This document shows, in pieces, positions 9,352-17,328 of a DNA stretch of 64,000 nucleotides. The first letter of the stretch is position 1. Each line of letters begins with the position of its first letter. This DNA comes from Gemmatimonadales bacterium (GTDB taxonomy: Bacteria > Gemmatimonadota > Gemmatimonadetes > Gemmatimonadales > GWC2-71-9), in assembly GCA_036262935.1 (NCBI GenBank), contig DATAHW010000089.1, positions 16,084-80,083 on the forward strand, in the 5' to 3' direction. A model generated the notes under the pieces. It searched no databases. It had not been told where the DNA came from and was given only the letters and a program-made list of their open reading frames with translations. Both the position numbers and the translations under genes were made by a program.

Positions 9352-10152
9352 GTGCTGATCGACGTCCACGCGCACTTCCTCCACGACCGCACCCCCCGCG
9401 CCGACTGGCAGGCCCGGAACGCCAGCCGGCTGCGGGCGGGTGAGCGCGTCGGGATCACCATCCACGTGGCCTCGCTCCTCGGCAGTTGGGGCGCCACCTC
9501 GCCCACCTACTTTCCGTCGCCCACCGATCTGCGCTACGCCAACGACTGGCTGCTCGAGCTGCAGCGCCGCCACCCGGCGCGGGTCCGCGGCTACGTCGCC
9601 GTCAATCCGAACTACACCGACGCGGCGCTCGCCGAGATCGAGCGTTGCCTCGACGCGGGGATGATCGGCATCAAGCTCGCCGCCAGCCGTCGCGCGGACG
9701 ATCCGCTGCTCGACCCCGTCTGCCGGCTCGCGGCCACACGCGGCGTCCCGATTCTGCACCACGTCTGGCAGCACCGCCGCCGGGACTGGCCGGGGCAGGA
9801 GGCGTCCGATGCCGGCGAGCTCGGCGCCCTCGCCGAGCGCCACCCGGACGTGCGCTTCCTGCTGGCCCACATCGGCGGCGGCGGCGACTGGCTCCACTCC
9901 CTGCCGATCGTCCGCCGGCTACCGAACGTCTACGTGGACCTCTCGGGCAGCGGCGTGGACGGCGGCATGCTCGAGGCCTGCGTCGACGCCGTCGGCGTCG
10001 ACCGGCTGCTCTGGGGATGCGACCTCACCATCGAGACCGGCTGGGCCAAGCTCCGCTATCTCGAGCACCTGCTCTCCGCGCCGGAGCTCGAGCAGGTGCG
10101 CTGGCGAAACGCGGCCGGGATCTTTCCTCCCGGTGCCTTCCCGTCCGACTGA
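9352..10152 (+). CDS. Amidohydrolase-2 family metal-dependent hydrolase (TIM barrel)
   Basis: N-terminal IDVHAHF metal-binding motif, plus HHVWQH and LLAHIGGG. GTG start. Confidence 0.85.
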   Translation: MLIDVHAHFLHDRTPRADWQARNASRLRAGERVGITIHVASLLGSWGATSPTYFPSPTDLRYANDWLLELQRRHPARVRGYVAVNPNYTDAALAEIERCLDAGMIGIKLAASRRADDPLLDPVCRLAATRGVPILHHVWQHRRRDWPGQEASDAGELGALAERHPDVRFLLAHIGGGGDWLHSLPIVRRLPNVYVDLSGSGVDGGMLEACVDAVGVDRLLWGCDLTIETGWAKLRYLEHLLSAPELEQVRWRNAAGIFPPGAFPSD

Positions 10153-10925
10153 TGCGCATCGACGTCAACGCCTTCGTCGGCTCATACCCCTATCGGCGGG
10201 TTCCCGGCACCAGCCCCGAGGGGGTCCTCGGCGCCATGGACCGGGTCGGCATCGACGAGGCATGGGTGACTCATCTGCCCGGCCTTTTCTGGCGCGATCC
10301 TGCCGAGGGCAACGCCTGGCTGCTCGAAACCGCGGCGCGGCACGACCGGCTGCGGCCCGTGCCCTCCGTGCATCCCGGGCTCGCCGGGTGGCGGGACGTC
10401 CTCCGGCTCGCGGCCGATGCCGGCGCGCCCGCCGTCCGCGCCGATCCGACCTTCTACGGCATCGAGCCGGCGGGCGGGGCGATGCGCGCGCTCGCCGCGG
10501 CGTGTGCCGAGGCGGGGCTGCCGCTCGTGCTCGCCGTGCGTCTCGAGGACGGCCGGCAGCGGCACCCCAACGACCACGCGCCCGAGCTGCCGGCGGCCGC
10601 GGTGCGCGCGCTCGTCCGGAGCCACCCCCGCGTGCGGTTGCTGGTGACCCACGCCGACCGGCCGTTCATCGAGGAGGTGCACTTCGGCTCCACGCCCGGA
10701 GAGGCTGAGCGGCTCTGGTGGGACATCTGCTGGATCTGGGGACCGCCCGAGGACCACCTGCAGGCGCTGCTCGGCACCATCGGTGCCTCCCGCTTCGTGC
10801 TCGGCACCGGCCAGCCGCTCCGGATTCCCGAGAATGCCGCCGCGAAGCTCGACCTGCTCGACATCTCCGCCGCCGACCGGGCCGCCGTCGAAAGCGGCAA
10901 CGTGCGCACCCTCGGCCGGCCATGA
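10152..10925 (+). CDS. Second amidohydrolase-2-like TIM-barrel protein (divergent, lacks the HxH motif)
   Basis: In-frame ATG 10152 shares 1 nt with the previous stop (TGATG). It starts MRIDVNAFVGSYP instead of HxH, and also has LLVTHAD and FVLGTGQPL. Track ORF 9486..10925 is over-extended. Confidence 0.75.
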   Translation: MRIDVNAFVGSYPYRRVPGTSPEGVLGAMDRVGIDEAWVTHLPGLFWRDPAEGNAWLLETAARHDRLRPVPSVHPGLAGWRDVLRLAADAGAPAVRADPTFYGIEPAGGAMRALAAACAEAGLPLVLAVRLEDGRQRHPNDHAPELPAAAVRALVRSHPRVRLLVTHADRPFIEEVHFGSTPGEAERLWWDICWIWGPPEDHLQALLGTIGASRFVLGTGQPLRIPENAAAKLDLLDISAADRAAVESGNVRTLGRP

Positions 10926-11257
10926 CGACGTTCGAGTTCGAGCGCGAGCATTACCGCGTCGTGTATCCGGCGGGGACCAGTCCGACCTTCGTCGGCAACG
11001 GGATGGAGCGCGACGTGATCGACCTGTGTGAATCGGGCCTGCGCTACTGGGCCGCCGCCGGCGAGTCCCGGGAGATCGGCGACGAGGTGGACGGCACCAT
11101 TCGCCTTCGGCGCGGCGGCGAGCTGCGGGTGCTCGGCACCGTCGTCCGCGTGGTGGGCCGGGACGTGGCCCTGCGGCTGCTGGCCGGGGTGCCTCTCCGG
11201 GTAGTGCTCGACGAACAGCGCTACTTGCGTGACCGGCAGCGCGGCTCCGCCCGATGA
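10922..11257 (+). CDS. PilZ-domain protein (putative c-di-GMP receptor)
   Basis: ATGA overlaps at both ends. It carries RxxxR (REHYR) followed about 25 aa later by D-L-C-E-S-G, a DxSxxG-like motif with C in the S position. Size (111 aa) is typical of stand-alone PilZ. Confidence 0.7.
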   Translation: MTTFEFEREHYRVVYPAGTSPTFVGNGMERDVIDLCESGLRYWAAAGESREIGDEVDGTIRLRRGGELRVLGTVVRVVGRDVALRLLAGVPLRVVLDEQRYLRDRQRGSAR

Positions 11258-12144
11258 GCGATCGCACGGCCCTCATGGAGCGCCTCGCCTGGGGACTGGT
11301 GCCGGCGGCGCCCGTCCCGTTCCGCGGCACCGTCCTCGACGAGAGTGCCCAGCGCGGCTACGCACGCTGGATGGCCGATCATCCCGTGGCCGGCGTGGCC
11401 GTCTGGTCCCACAGCGGGCGGGGCACGCACCTCTCCGCGGAGCAGCGACGCCTGGTGCTCGACACCTGGCGCGAGGCGCTCCCGGATCGGGTGCTCGTCG
11501 CCGGCGCGCGCGACATCACGATGGCCATCGAGGCGCGTCGCGGCCGGGCCGATGCCCTCCTCGCCTTTCCCGAGCGAAACGATCCGGTGGCCTACCACGC
11601 CCGGCTCGGCCGGGAGCTGCCGGTGATCGCGTTCTGGCTGTACGAGGCGGCGGGGGGCGTGGCGTATGACGACGCGACGCTGCACCGGATCCTCGACCTC
11701 CCGGAAGTCGTCGGGATCAAGGTGGCGACCCTCGATTCCGTGATGACGTTTCAGCGACTCGCCGCCATTCTGCGCTCGCACCCCGACAAGCTGCTCATCA
11801 CCGGCGAGGACCGGTTCTTCGGCTATTCGCTCATGGCCGGCGCGCGGTCGGCGCTCGTCGGCATGGGCGCGGCGCTCCCGGACCTCCAGGCCGGGCTGCT
11901 CCGCGCCTGTGCCCAATCCGATTGGGCGACGTTTCACCGCCTGTCGACGCTGTGCGACCGCCTGGCCGAAGCCACGTTCATCGCCCCGATGGAGGGCTAC
12001 GTCCGCCGGATGCTCTGGGCCGCCGCCGCCGATGGTGCCATCCCCCCCGAGGCGTGCGACGATCCCTGGGGCCCGCCGCTCCCGTCCGAGGAGCGCCTCG
12101 CGGTGGAGCGCGCGGTGCGCGATGCACGCTCGGCTCGCGAGTGA
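11254..12144 (+). CDS. DapA/DHDPS-family class I aldolase-like protein
   Basis: Contains VVGIKVATLD (Schiff-base Lys context) and a LYEAAGG segment. ATGA coupling to PilZ. Confidence 0.8.
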   Translation: MSDRTALMERLAWGLVPAAPVPFRGTVLDESAQRGYARWMADHPVAGVAVWSHSGRGTHLSAEQRRLVLDTWREALPDRVLVAGARDITMAIEARRGRADALLAFPERNDPVAYHARLGRELPVIAFWLYEAAGGVAYDDATLHRILDLPEVVGIKVATLDSVMTFQRLAAILRSHPDKLLITGEDRFFGYSLMAGARSALVGMGAALPDLQAGLLRACAQSDWATFHRLSTLCDRLAEATFIAPMEGYVRRMLWAAAADGAIPPEACDDPWGPPLPSEERLAVERAVRDARSARE

Positions 12145-13306
12145 TTTCGAGCGGTTAGGCCGCGGCCTGCCCCGGGACGCGGCCGCGTACGTGCGCGAGG
12201 CGTACGGGATCGACCTGACCGCGCGCTACTTGGGCTACACGTTACCGCACCCCATCGGCAAGGGCTCCGGCCAGCTCTCGCTCAACACCGATCAGCTCGA
12301 CGCGGACCGCGAGGGGGGCCTCGCCTTCGTGGTGCTCAAGACGGTGATCGCCGAGGACACGGCGGGCACGCGCTCGATGGGCGCGTGGGCCGTTCACGAG
12401 GCCAGAATGCGGGTCGGCCGCCGGCGCGCCGCCGACGGCCGGGACGGCTGGACCGTCACCTGGAAAGGCAGGGGATGGGACCGGCCGTTCGACGACTATC
12501 TCGCGCTGGTGCGCGCGGCCGGCGATCTCACGCGGAGCGGCGAGCTGCTCGCCGTCCCCTCGGTGAAGTACCACCTGCCGCGCCTCGACGAGCCGTTTCG
12601 CGCGTCCGAGTATCAGCACACCACCCGGCGGTTGGCGGAGGCGTGGGGTGAAGGCGAGCTTCCCCTCGAAAAGGACTTCTCGCCCACCCTCGCCGGCGAC
12701 CCGCTGGCCGATGAGCGCGCGCGGATCCTCCGCTGGCTGCGCGAAGTCCCCCGTGAAATCCGCTCGGCCGCCGGCGCGACGCCGCTCCGGCTCGCGGTCA
12801 AGCTGATGAACGCGCGCTTCGATGACGGGTTCCAGCGCGAGATGATGGCGGCCACGGCGGGCGCGGACGCGCTCGTCTGCTTCAACCGACTGTGGGATCC
12901 GGCGGCGGAAGTGGCGTACGGCGGCTGGGACCTGAGCGCGCGGAATCTGCGGGTACTCCGGGAGGCCCGGGCGGAGCCCGCGGCGGCCGGAGCCCGGATG
13001 CCGCTCGTCGGCACCGGCAACATCTGCTCGGGCCGCGTGGTGCTGGACTACGCTCGCGCGGGTTGCGAGAGCGTGGAGCTGCACACCTTCCTTCAGCTCC
13101 CGCTGGGGGAGTACCCCGCCACGGCGGGCTCCCGCACCCAGCGCGCGCTGCACGCGCTGCTGTTTCATCCGGCCGACGGGCTCGTCGCGGGCATGTTCGA
13201 GCTGGAAGCCGCCGGTGTGCTGCACCGGCGCGGCGGGGAGCTGCGGTTTCTCGATCTGTGCGGCATGAGTGCGCCGGACGCGAAGCCGGACGAGGCACGG
13301 GCATGA
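12122..13306 (+). CDS. Dihydroorotate/dihydropyrimidine-dehydrogenase-like TIM-barrel protein (putative flavoenzyme)
   Basis: Contains HPIGKGSGQL, FVVLKTVI, LAVKLM and PLVGTGNICSG-RVVLDYARAGC, all DHOD-family-like. The start overlaps the previous gene by 23 nt. Start choice is uncertain. Confidence 0.7.
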   Translation: MHARLASDFERLGRGLPRDAAAYVREAYGIDLTARYLGYTLPHPIGKGSGQLSLNTDQLDADREGGLAFVVLKTVIAEDTAGTRSMGAWAVHEARMRVGRRRAADGRDGWTVTWKGRGWDRPFDDYLALVRAAGDLTRSGELLAVPSVKYHLPRLDEPFRASEYQHTTRRLAEAWGEGELPLEKDFSPTLAGDPLADERARILRWLREVPREIRSAAGATPLRLAVKLMNARFDDGFQREMMAATAGADALVCFNRLWDPAAEVAYGGWDLSARNLRVLREARAEPAAAGARMPLVGTGNICSGRVVLDYARAGCESVELHTFLQLPLGEYPATAGSRTQRALHALLFHPADGLVAGMFELEAAGVLHRRGGELRFLDLCGMSAPDAKPDEARA

Positions 13307-13364
13307 CCTAGCGGAGCCGTTGCCCCGGGCGGACCGGACACGCCTTTCAACCCTCAGGCACGCC

Positions 13365-14495
13365 ATGCACGTCAGCCGCATCGAGCTTCACGAGCTCTCC
13401 CTCCCGCTCGCGGAGCCCTTCATCATTTCGGGAGGCACGATGACCGTCCGCCGCTCGCTCGTCGTCGTGCTCCACGACGGCGAGGGCCACCTGGGCTACG
13501 GTGAGTCGCCGCCGTTCGAGCTCCCGTTCTACTCGGAGGAGACCCTCGGCTCCGCTCGGCTGCTGCTCGAGCAGGTGCTCATGCCGCGGCTGATCGGACG
13601 CGACATCGGCGGACCGGAGGAGGTGGACGCGATCCTGCGTGCCGGCGTGCGCGGCAACCCGTTCGCCCGCGCGGCGCTCGAGACCGCGGCCTGGGACCTG
13701 GAGGCGCACCGCCGCGGCACCGGTCTCGCCGCGCTTCTCGCCGGCCGGCTGGGCGTCGCGCCCGCCCGGCGCATCTCGTGCGGCGTGGCGCTCGGCATTC
13801 CCCAGGACCGCTCCGTGGGCACGCTGCAGCGCTGGATCACCCAGGCGCTGGGCCATGGCTACCGCCGGGTCAAGATCAAGGTGGCGCCGGAGTGGGACGT
13901 GGACCCCGTGCGCGCGGCGCGCGAGGTGCTCCGTGGGACGGGCATTCCCCTGACCGTCGACGCCAACGGCGGGTACGAATGGCCGCTCCACGAGCGGAGT
14001 CTCCGCGCGCTCGACGAGGCGGAGCTCCTCTACTTCGAGCAGCCGCTCCCGCCGGACGATCTCGTGGGCCACGTGACCCTCTCACGTGTGCTCCGCACCC
14101 CGGTGTGCGTGGACGAGACGCTGCACGGCGCCCGCTGGGCGCGGCAGCTCGCCGAGCTCGAAGGCCCGCGCGTCTGGAACGTGAAGGTGCACCGGATGGG
14201 CGGTCTCACCGAGGTCTGCCGCGTGGTCGGGATCGCGCGCGACTATGGCGCGGAGCTCTGGGCCGGGACCATGCCCGAGTCCGGCCTTGGCTCGCAGGCG
14301 GCGTTGGCGGCGGCGGCGCTTCCGGGCTTCGTCTATCCGTCCGACCTGGAGCCCAGCACCCGCTGGTTCGGCCCCGGCGTGGATGTCATCGAGCTCCGCA
14401 TGGCGGCGGACGGCACCATGGAGGTGCCCGGAACATCGATCGCGGGGCTGCTGGATCCCGACGCGTTCCGCCGTTCGGCCCGGCGGTTAGATTAG
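13365..14495 (+). CDS. Enolase-superfamily enzyme (OSBS / N-acylamino-acid racemase / dipeptide epimerase subgroup)
   Basis: Contains KIKVAP, LTVDANGGY, YFEQPL and VCVDETL, the metal-ligand D/E/D pattern of the MLE subgroup. ORF 13269..14495 trimmed to ATG 13365. Confidence 0.88.
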   Translation: MHVSRIELHELSLPLAEPFIISGGTMTVRRSLVVVLHDGEGHLGYGESPPFELPFYSEETLGSARLLLEQVLMPRLIGRDIGGPEEVDAILRAGVRGNPFARAALETAAWDLEAHRRGTGLAALLAGRLGVAPARRISCGVALGIPQDRSVGTLQRWITQALGHGYRRVKIKVAPEWDVDPVRAAREVLRGTGIPLTVDANGGYEWPLHERSLRALDEAELLYFEQPLPPDDLVGHVTLSRVLRTPVCVDETLHGARWARQLAELEGPRVWNVKVHRMGGLTEVCRVVGIARDYGAELWAGTMPESGLGSQAALAAAALPGFVYPSDLEPSTRWFGPGVDVIELRMAADGTMEVPGTSIAGLLDPDAFRRSARRLD

Positions 14496-14501
14496 AGCGC
14501 C

Positions 14502-14666
14502 ATGGTCGAATACGCGCTCCTGCTCGCCAGCACCTCGTTCCGAACCTTCGCGACCGACGCGGAAACCTGGGCGGCCGGGCTGAACTGGCATGCGCTCGGC
14601 TATGCTCTCTTCGCGCTGGTAGCGCTTCGGATCGCCTTCTGGGCCTTTCGCACCTCGGACTACTGA
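14502..14666 (+). CDS. Small hydrophobic protein (54 aa), Flp-pilin-like EY motif at the N-terminus
   Basis: Below the ORF-track cutoff; my own translation is MVEYALLLASTSFRTFATDAETWAAGLNWHALGYALFALVALRIAFWAFRTSDY. It sits 6 nt after the enolase-family stop and ends 11 nt before the GH38 start. An in-frame TAG lies 3 codons upstream. Confidence 0.45.
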   Translation: MVEYALLLASTSFRTFATDAETWAAGLNWHALGYALFALVALRIAFWAFRTSDY

Positions 14667-14677
14667 GGCGCGAGGCG

Positions 14678-17320
14678 GTGCCGGGCCTCACCTTTCATCT
14701 GATCCCGCACACCCACTGGGACCGGGAGTGGTACCTCACGCGCGCCGCGTTCGCGGCGCGACTCGTTCCTGCCCTCGACGACCTGCTCGACCGGCTCGAC
14801 GCGTCGCCGGAGTTCCGCAGCTTCCTGCTGGACGGGCAGACGGTCCTGCTGGAGGACTATCTCCGCATCCGGCCGGAGCGCCGGGGGCGCGTGGCCACGC
14901 TCGTCCGCGAGGGGCGCCTGCAGGTGGGGCCCTGGTACGTGCTGGCGGACGAGTTCGTTCCCTCGGGGGAATCGCTGCTTCGGAACCTCCTGCTCGGCGC
15001 CGCTGACGCGCGCCGGCTCGGGGGGCGGAGCGACGTGCTCTACTCGCCCGATGCATTCGGCCATCCCGCGGCGTGGCCGGCGCTGGCTGCGGAGTTCGGC
15101 ATCCGGTTCGGCGTCGCCTGGCGCGGCCTTGGCGGCGACCCGGACCAGCACGGCGACCTCTACCGCTGGCACGCCCCCGACGGCCGGCCGGTGCTGCTGC
15201 ACCATCTGCCGCCAGACGGGTACGAGGCCGGCTCGGGCCTGGTGGACGAGCCGCGGCGCCTGGTGGAGGCCTGGGCCCGCCTCCGTCCCGCGCTCACGCG
15301 CCGCGCCGCGACGTCCCACATCGCAGTGCCGGTCGGCGCGGATCACCACGCCGCGCCCGCCGTGGCGCGCGTGCGGGAGCTGCTCGCGCGACTCGAGCCC
15401 GAGGCCGACGTCAGGGTCTCCCGGCTCGACGAGTACTTCCGGGCGGCCGCGGCCGCGGCCGAGGCTGGTGCGTTGCCCGAGCTCCGGGGCGAGCTCCGCA
15501 CCCACGGCTACACCTGGACGCTCCAGGGCGTGCACGCCACCCGCGCGCCCCTCAAGCGCGCTCACGCCCGGGCGGAGCTCTGGCTCGAGCGGATCGCCGA
15601 GCCCCTCGCGGCGCTCGCGCTCGCTGCCGGCCGGGGCGACCGCCGTCCCATCCTGCGGGATGCCTGGCGGATGCTGGTGCGCTCGCAGTTCCATGACTCG
15701 ATCTCGGGGTGCACCTCGGATGCGGTGGCACGGCGGGTCCTCGCGCGCACCGAAGACGCGGAGCAGGTCGCGCGCGAGGTGGCGCGCGCCAGCCTCGAAG
15801 CGCTCGCGGGCCATGATCCGGACCTCGCGCGGGACGATCCGGGGCAGACGGCGCCGCGCCTCGTGCTGTGGAACCCCGTGCCGCGGCCCCGGGCCGGCAC
15901 GGTCGTCGTGGCCGATCTGACCTGGTTCCGGCGCGACGTGCTCGTCGGTCCGCCCGGCACGCGGCTGCCGCTGGTGGGAGCGGGCGCGCGCCCGGCCTCG
16001 CTCATGACCGCGGAGGGCCGGATCCCGCTCCAGCCGCTCGGCGGTAGCACGGCACACGAGCGGCTCGATGCGCCGCACCACTACCCCGACCAGGACGAGG
16101 TGGACGTGCGCCGGGTGGCGTTTCGCGCGCCCGCGCTCGCGGGCTTCGGGCTCGGCGTGCTGGAGCCGGCGCGGGACGCACGGCCCGGCCTGGAGAGCGG
16201 CGTCCGCGCGGGCGCACGGAGCCTGGACAACGGACTCATCGCCATCCTCGTGGGCCGGGACGGCAGCGTCACCCTGTCCGACCTCCGCACCCGCATGCTC
16301 TATCCCGCGCTGCTCCGCCTCGAGTCCTCCGGCGACGTGGGCGACACCTACACCTTCGCGCCGCCTGCGCGGGACCGGGTCCGGCGGATGCGCGGCCCCG
16401 TGCGGGTGCGCCCCCTCGCGGCCGGACCGCTGGTCGGCGCGCTTGAGGTGATGGGTGCCGTCGTCTGCGCCCGGGGGCGAGTGGACGTTCGACTGGTGCT
16501 CACCATGCACGCGGGCAGTCCGGCGCTCCGCTGCACGCTCGAGTACGACAATCAGGCCACCGACCACCGACTGGTGTTCCGGCTGCCGAGCGGCGTGGCG
16601 GGCGCTCCGGCGGTGGTCGGTGGCGCGTTCGGCGCCGTCGAGCGGCCCGCCACGCCGCCGGGCGGCACGGGCACTCCGCTCGAGACGCCGGTGAAGACGG
16701 CACCAGCGCAGCGCTTCGTGGCCGTGGCGGAGCGGAGCCGTGGGCTCGCGCTCCTGGCGCCGGGGTTCTTCGAGTACGAGCTCACGGCCGCCGGCGATCT
16801 GCGCATGACCGTACTCCGCGCCGTCGGCCAGCTCTCGCGCGCCGATCTTCCCACCCGGCCTGGGCATGCGGGATGGCCCACGCCCACGCCCGGGGCCCAG
16901 TGCCTCGGTGCCGATCGGCTTCAGTTCGCGGTCGCGCCGGTGACGGGCCCGGCTCTCGCCGCCGGGACCGTGCTGCCGGAGCTGTGGGAGGACGTGTTCC
17001 TGCCGCCGGTCGCGGCCTGGCTCCGCCAGGCCACGCCGCTCCGGGCCGTCGCGTCCGACATCCGGCTGGAAGGCGCGGGCCTGGTCTTCTCGTCCATGAA
17101 GCCGGCGGAGGACGGCGATGCGCTCGTCCTCCGGTGCTACAACGCGCGCGCGGCGGACGCCGAAGGTCGCTGGCGACTGGGCCGGCCCGTGGCCCGCGCC
17201 GCGCGCGTGCGGGCGGACGAGACACGCCTTGACGAGCTCCGGCTCGAGGATGGCGGCCGTGTCATCCCGTTCGGCGCCGGCCCGCACGAGATCGTAAGCG
17301 TGCTGGTGTCGCCGGACTGA
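14678..17320 (+). CDS. Glycoside hydrolase family 38 alpha-mannosidase (cytoplasmic, MngB-like)
   Basis: In-frame GTG 14678. The N-terminus FHLIPHTHWDREWY is the GH38 signature, followed by VGPWYVLADEF and YSPDAFGH. Track ORF 13778..17320 is over-extended. Confidence 0.9.
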   Translation: MPGLTFHLIPHTHWDREWYLTRAAFAARLVPALDDLLDRLDASPEFRSFLLDGQTVLLEDYLRIRPERRGRVATLVREGRLQVGPWYVLADEFVPSGESLLRNLLLGAADARRLGGRSDVLYSPDAFGHPAAWPALAAEFGIRFGVAWRGLGGDPDQHGDLYRWHAPDGRPVLLHHLPPDGYEAGSGLVDEPRRLVEAWARLRPALTRRAATSHIAVPVGADHHAAPAVARVRELLARLEPEADVRVSRLDEYFRAAAAAAEAGALPELRGELRTHGYTWTLQGVHATRAPLKRAHARAELWLERIAEPLAALALAAGRGDRRPILRDAWRMLVRSQFHDSISGCTSDAVARRVLARTEDAEQVAREVARASLEALAGHDPDLARDDPGQTAPRLVLWNPVPRPRAGTVVVADLTWFRRDVLVGPPGTRLPLVGAGARPASLMTAEGRIPLQPLGGSTAHERLDAPHHYPDQDEVDVRRVAFRAPALAGFGLGVLEPARDARPGLESGVRAGARSLDNGLIAILVGRDGSVTLSDLRTRMLYPALLRLESSGDVGDTYTFAPPARDRVRRMRGPVRVRPLAAGPLVGALEVMGAVVCARGRVDVRLVLTMHAGSPALRCTLEYDNQATDHRLVFRLPSGVAGAPAVVGGAFGAVERPATPPGGTGTPLETPVKTAPAQRFVAVAERSRGLALLAPGFFEYELTAAGDLRMTVLRAVGQLSRADLPTRPGHAGWPTPTPGAQCLGADRLQFAVAPVTGPALAAGTVLPELWEDVFLPPVAAWLRQATPLRAVASDIRLEGAGLVFSSMKPAEDGDALVLRCYNARAADAEGRWRLGRPVARAARVRADETRLDELRLEDGGRVIPFGAGPHEIVSVLVSPD

Positions 17321-17328
17321 TCGGCCTG

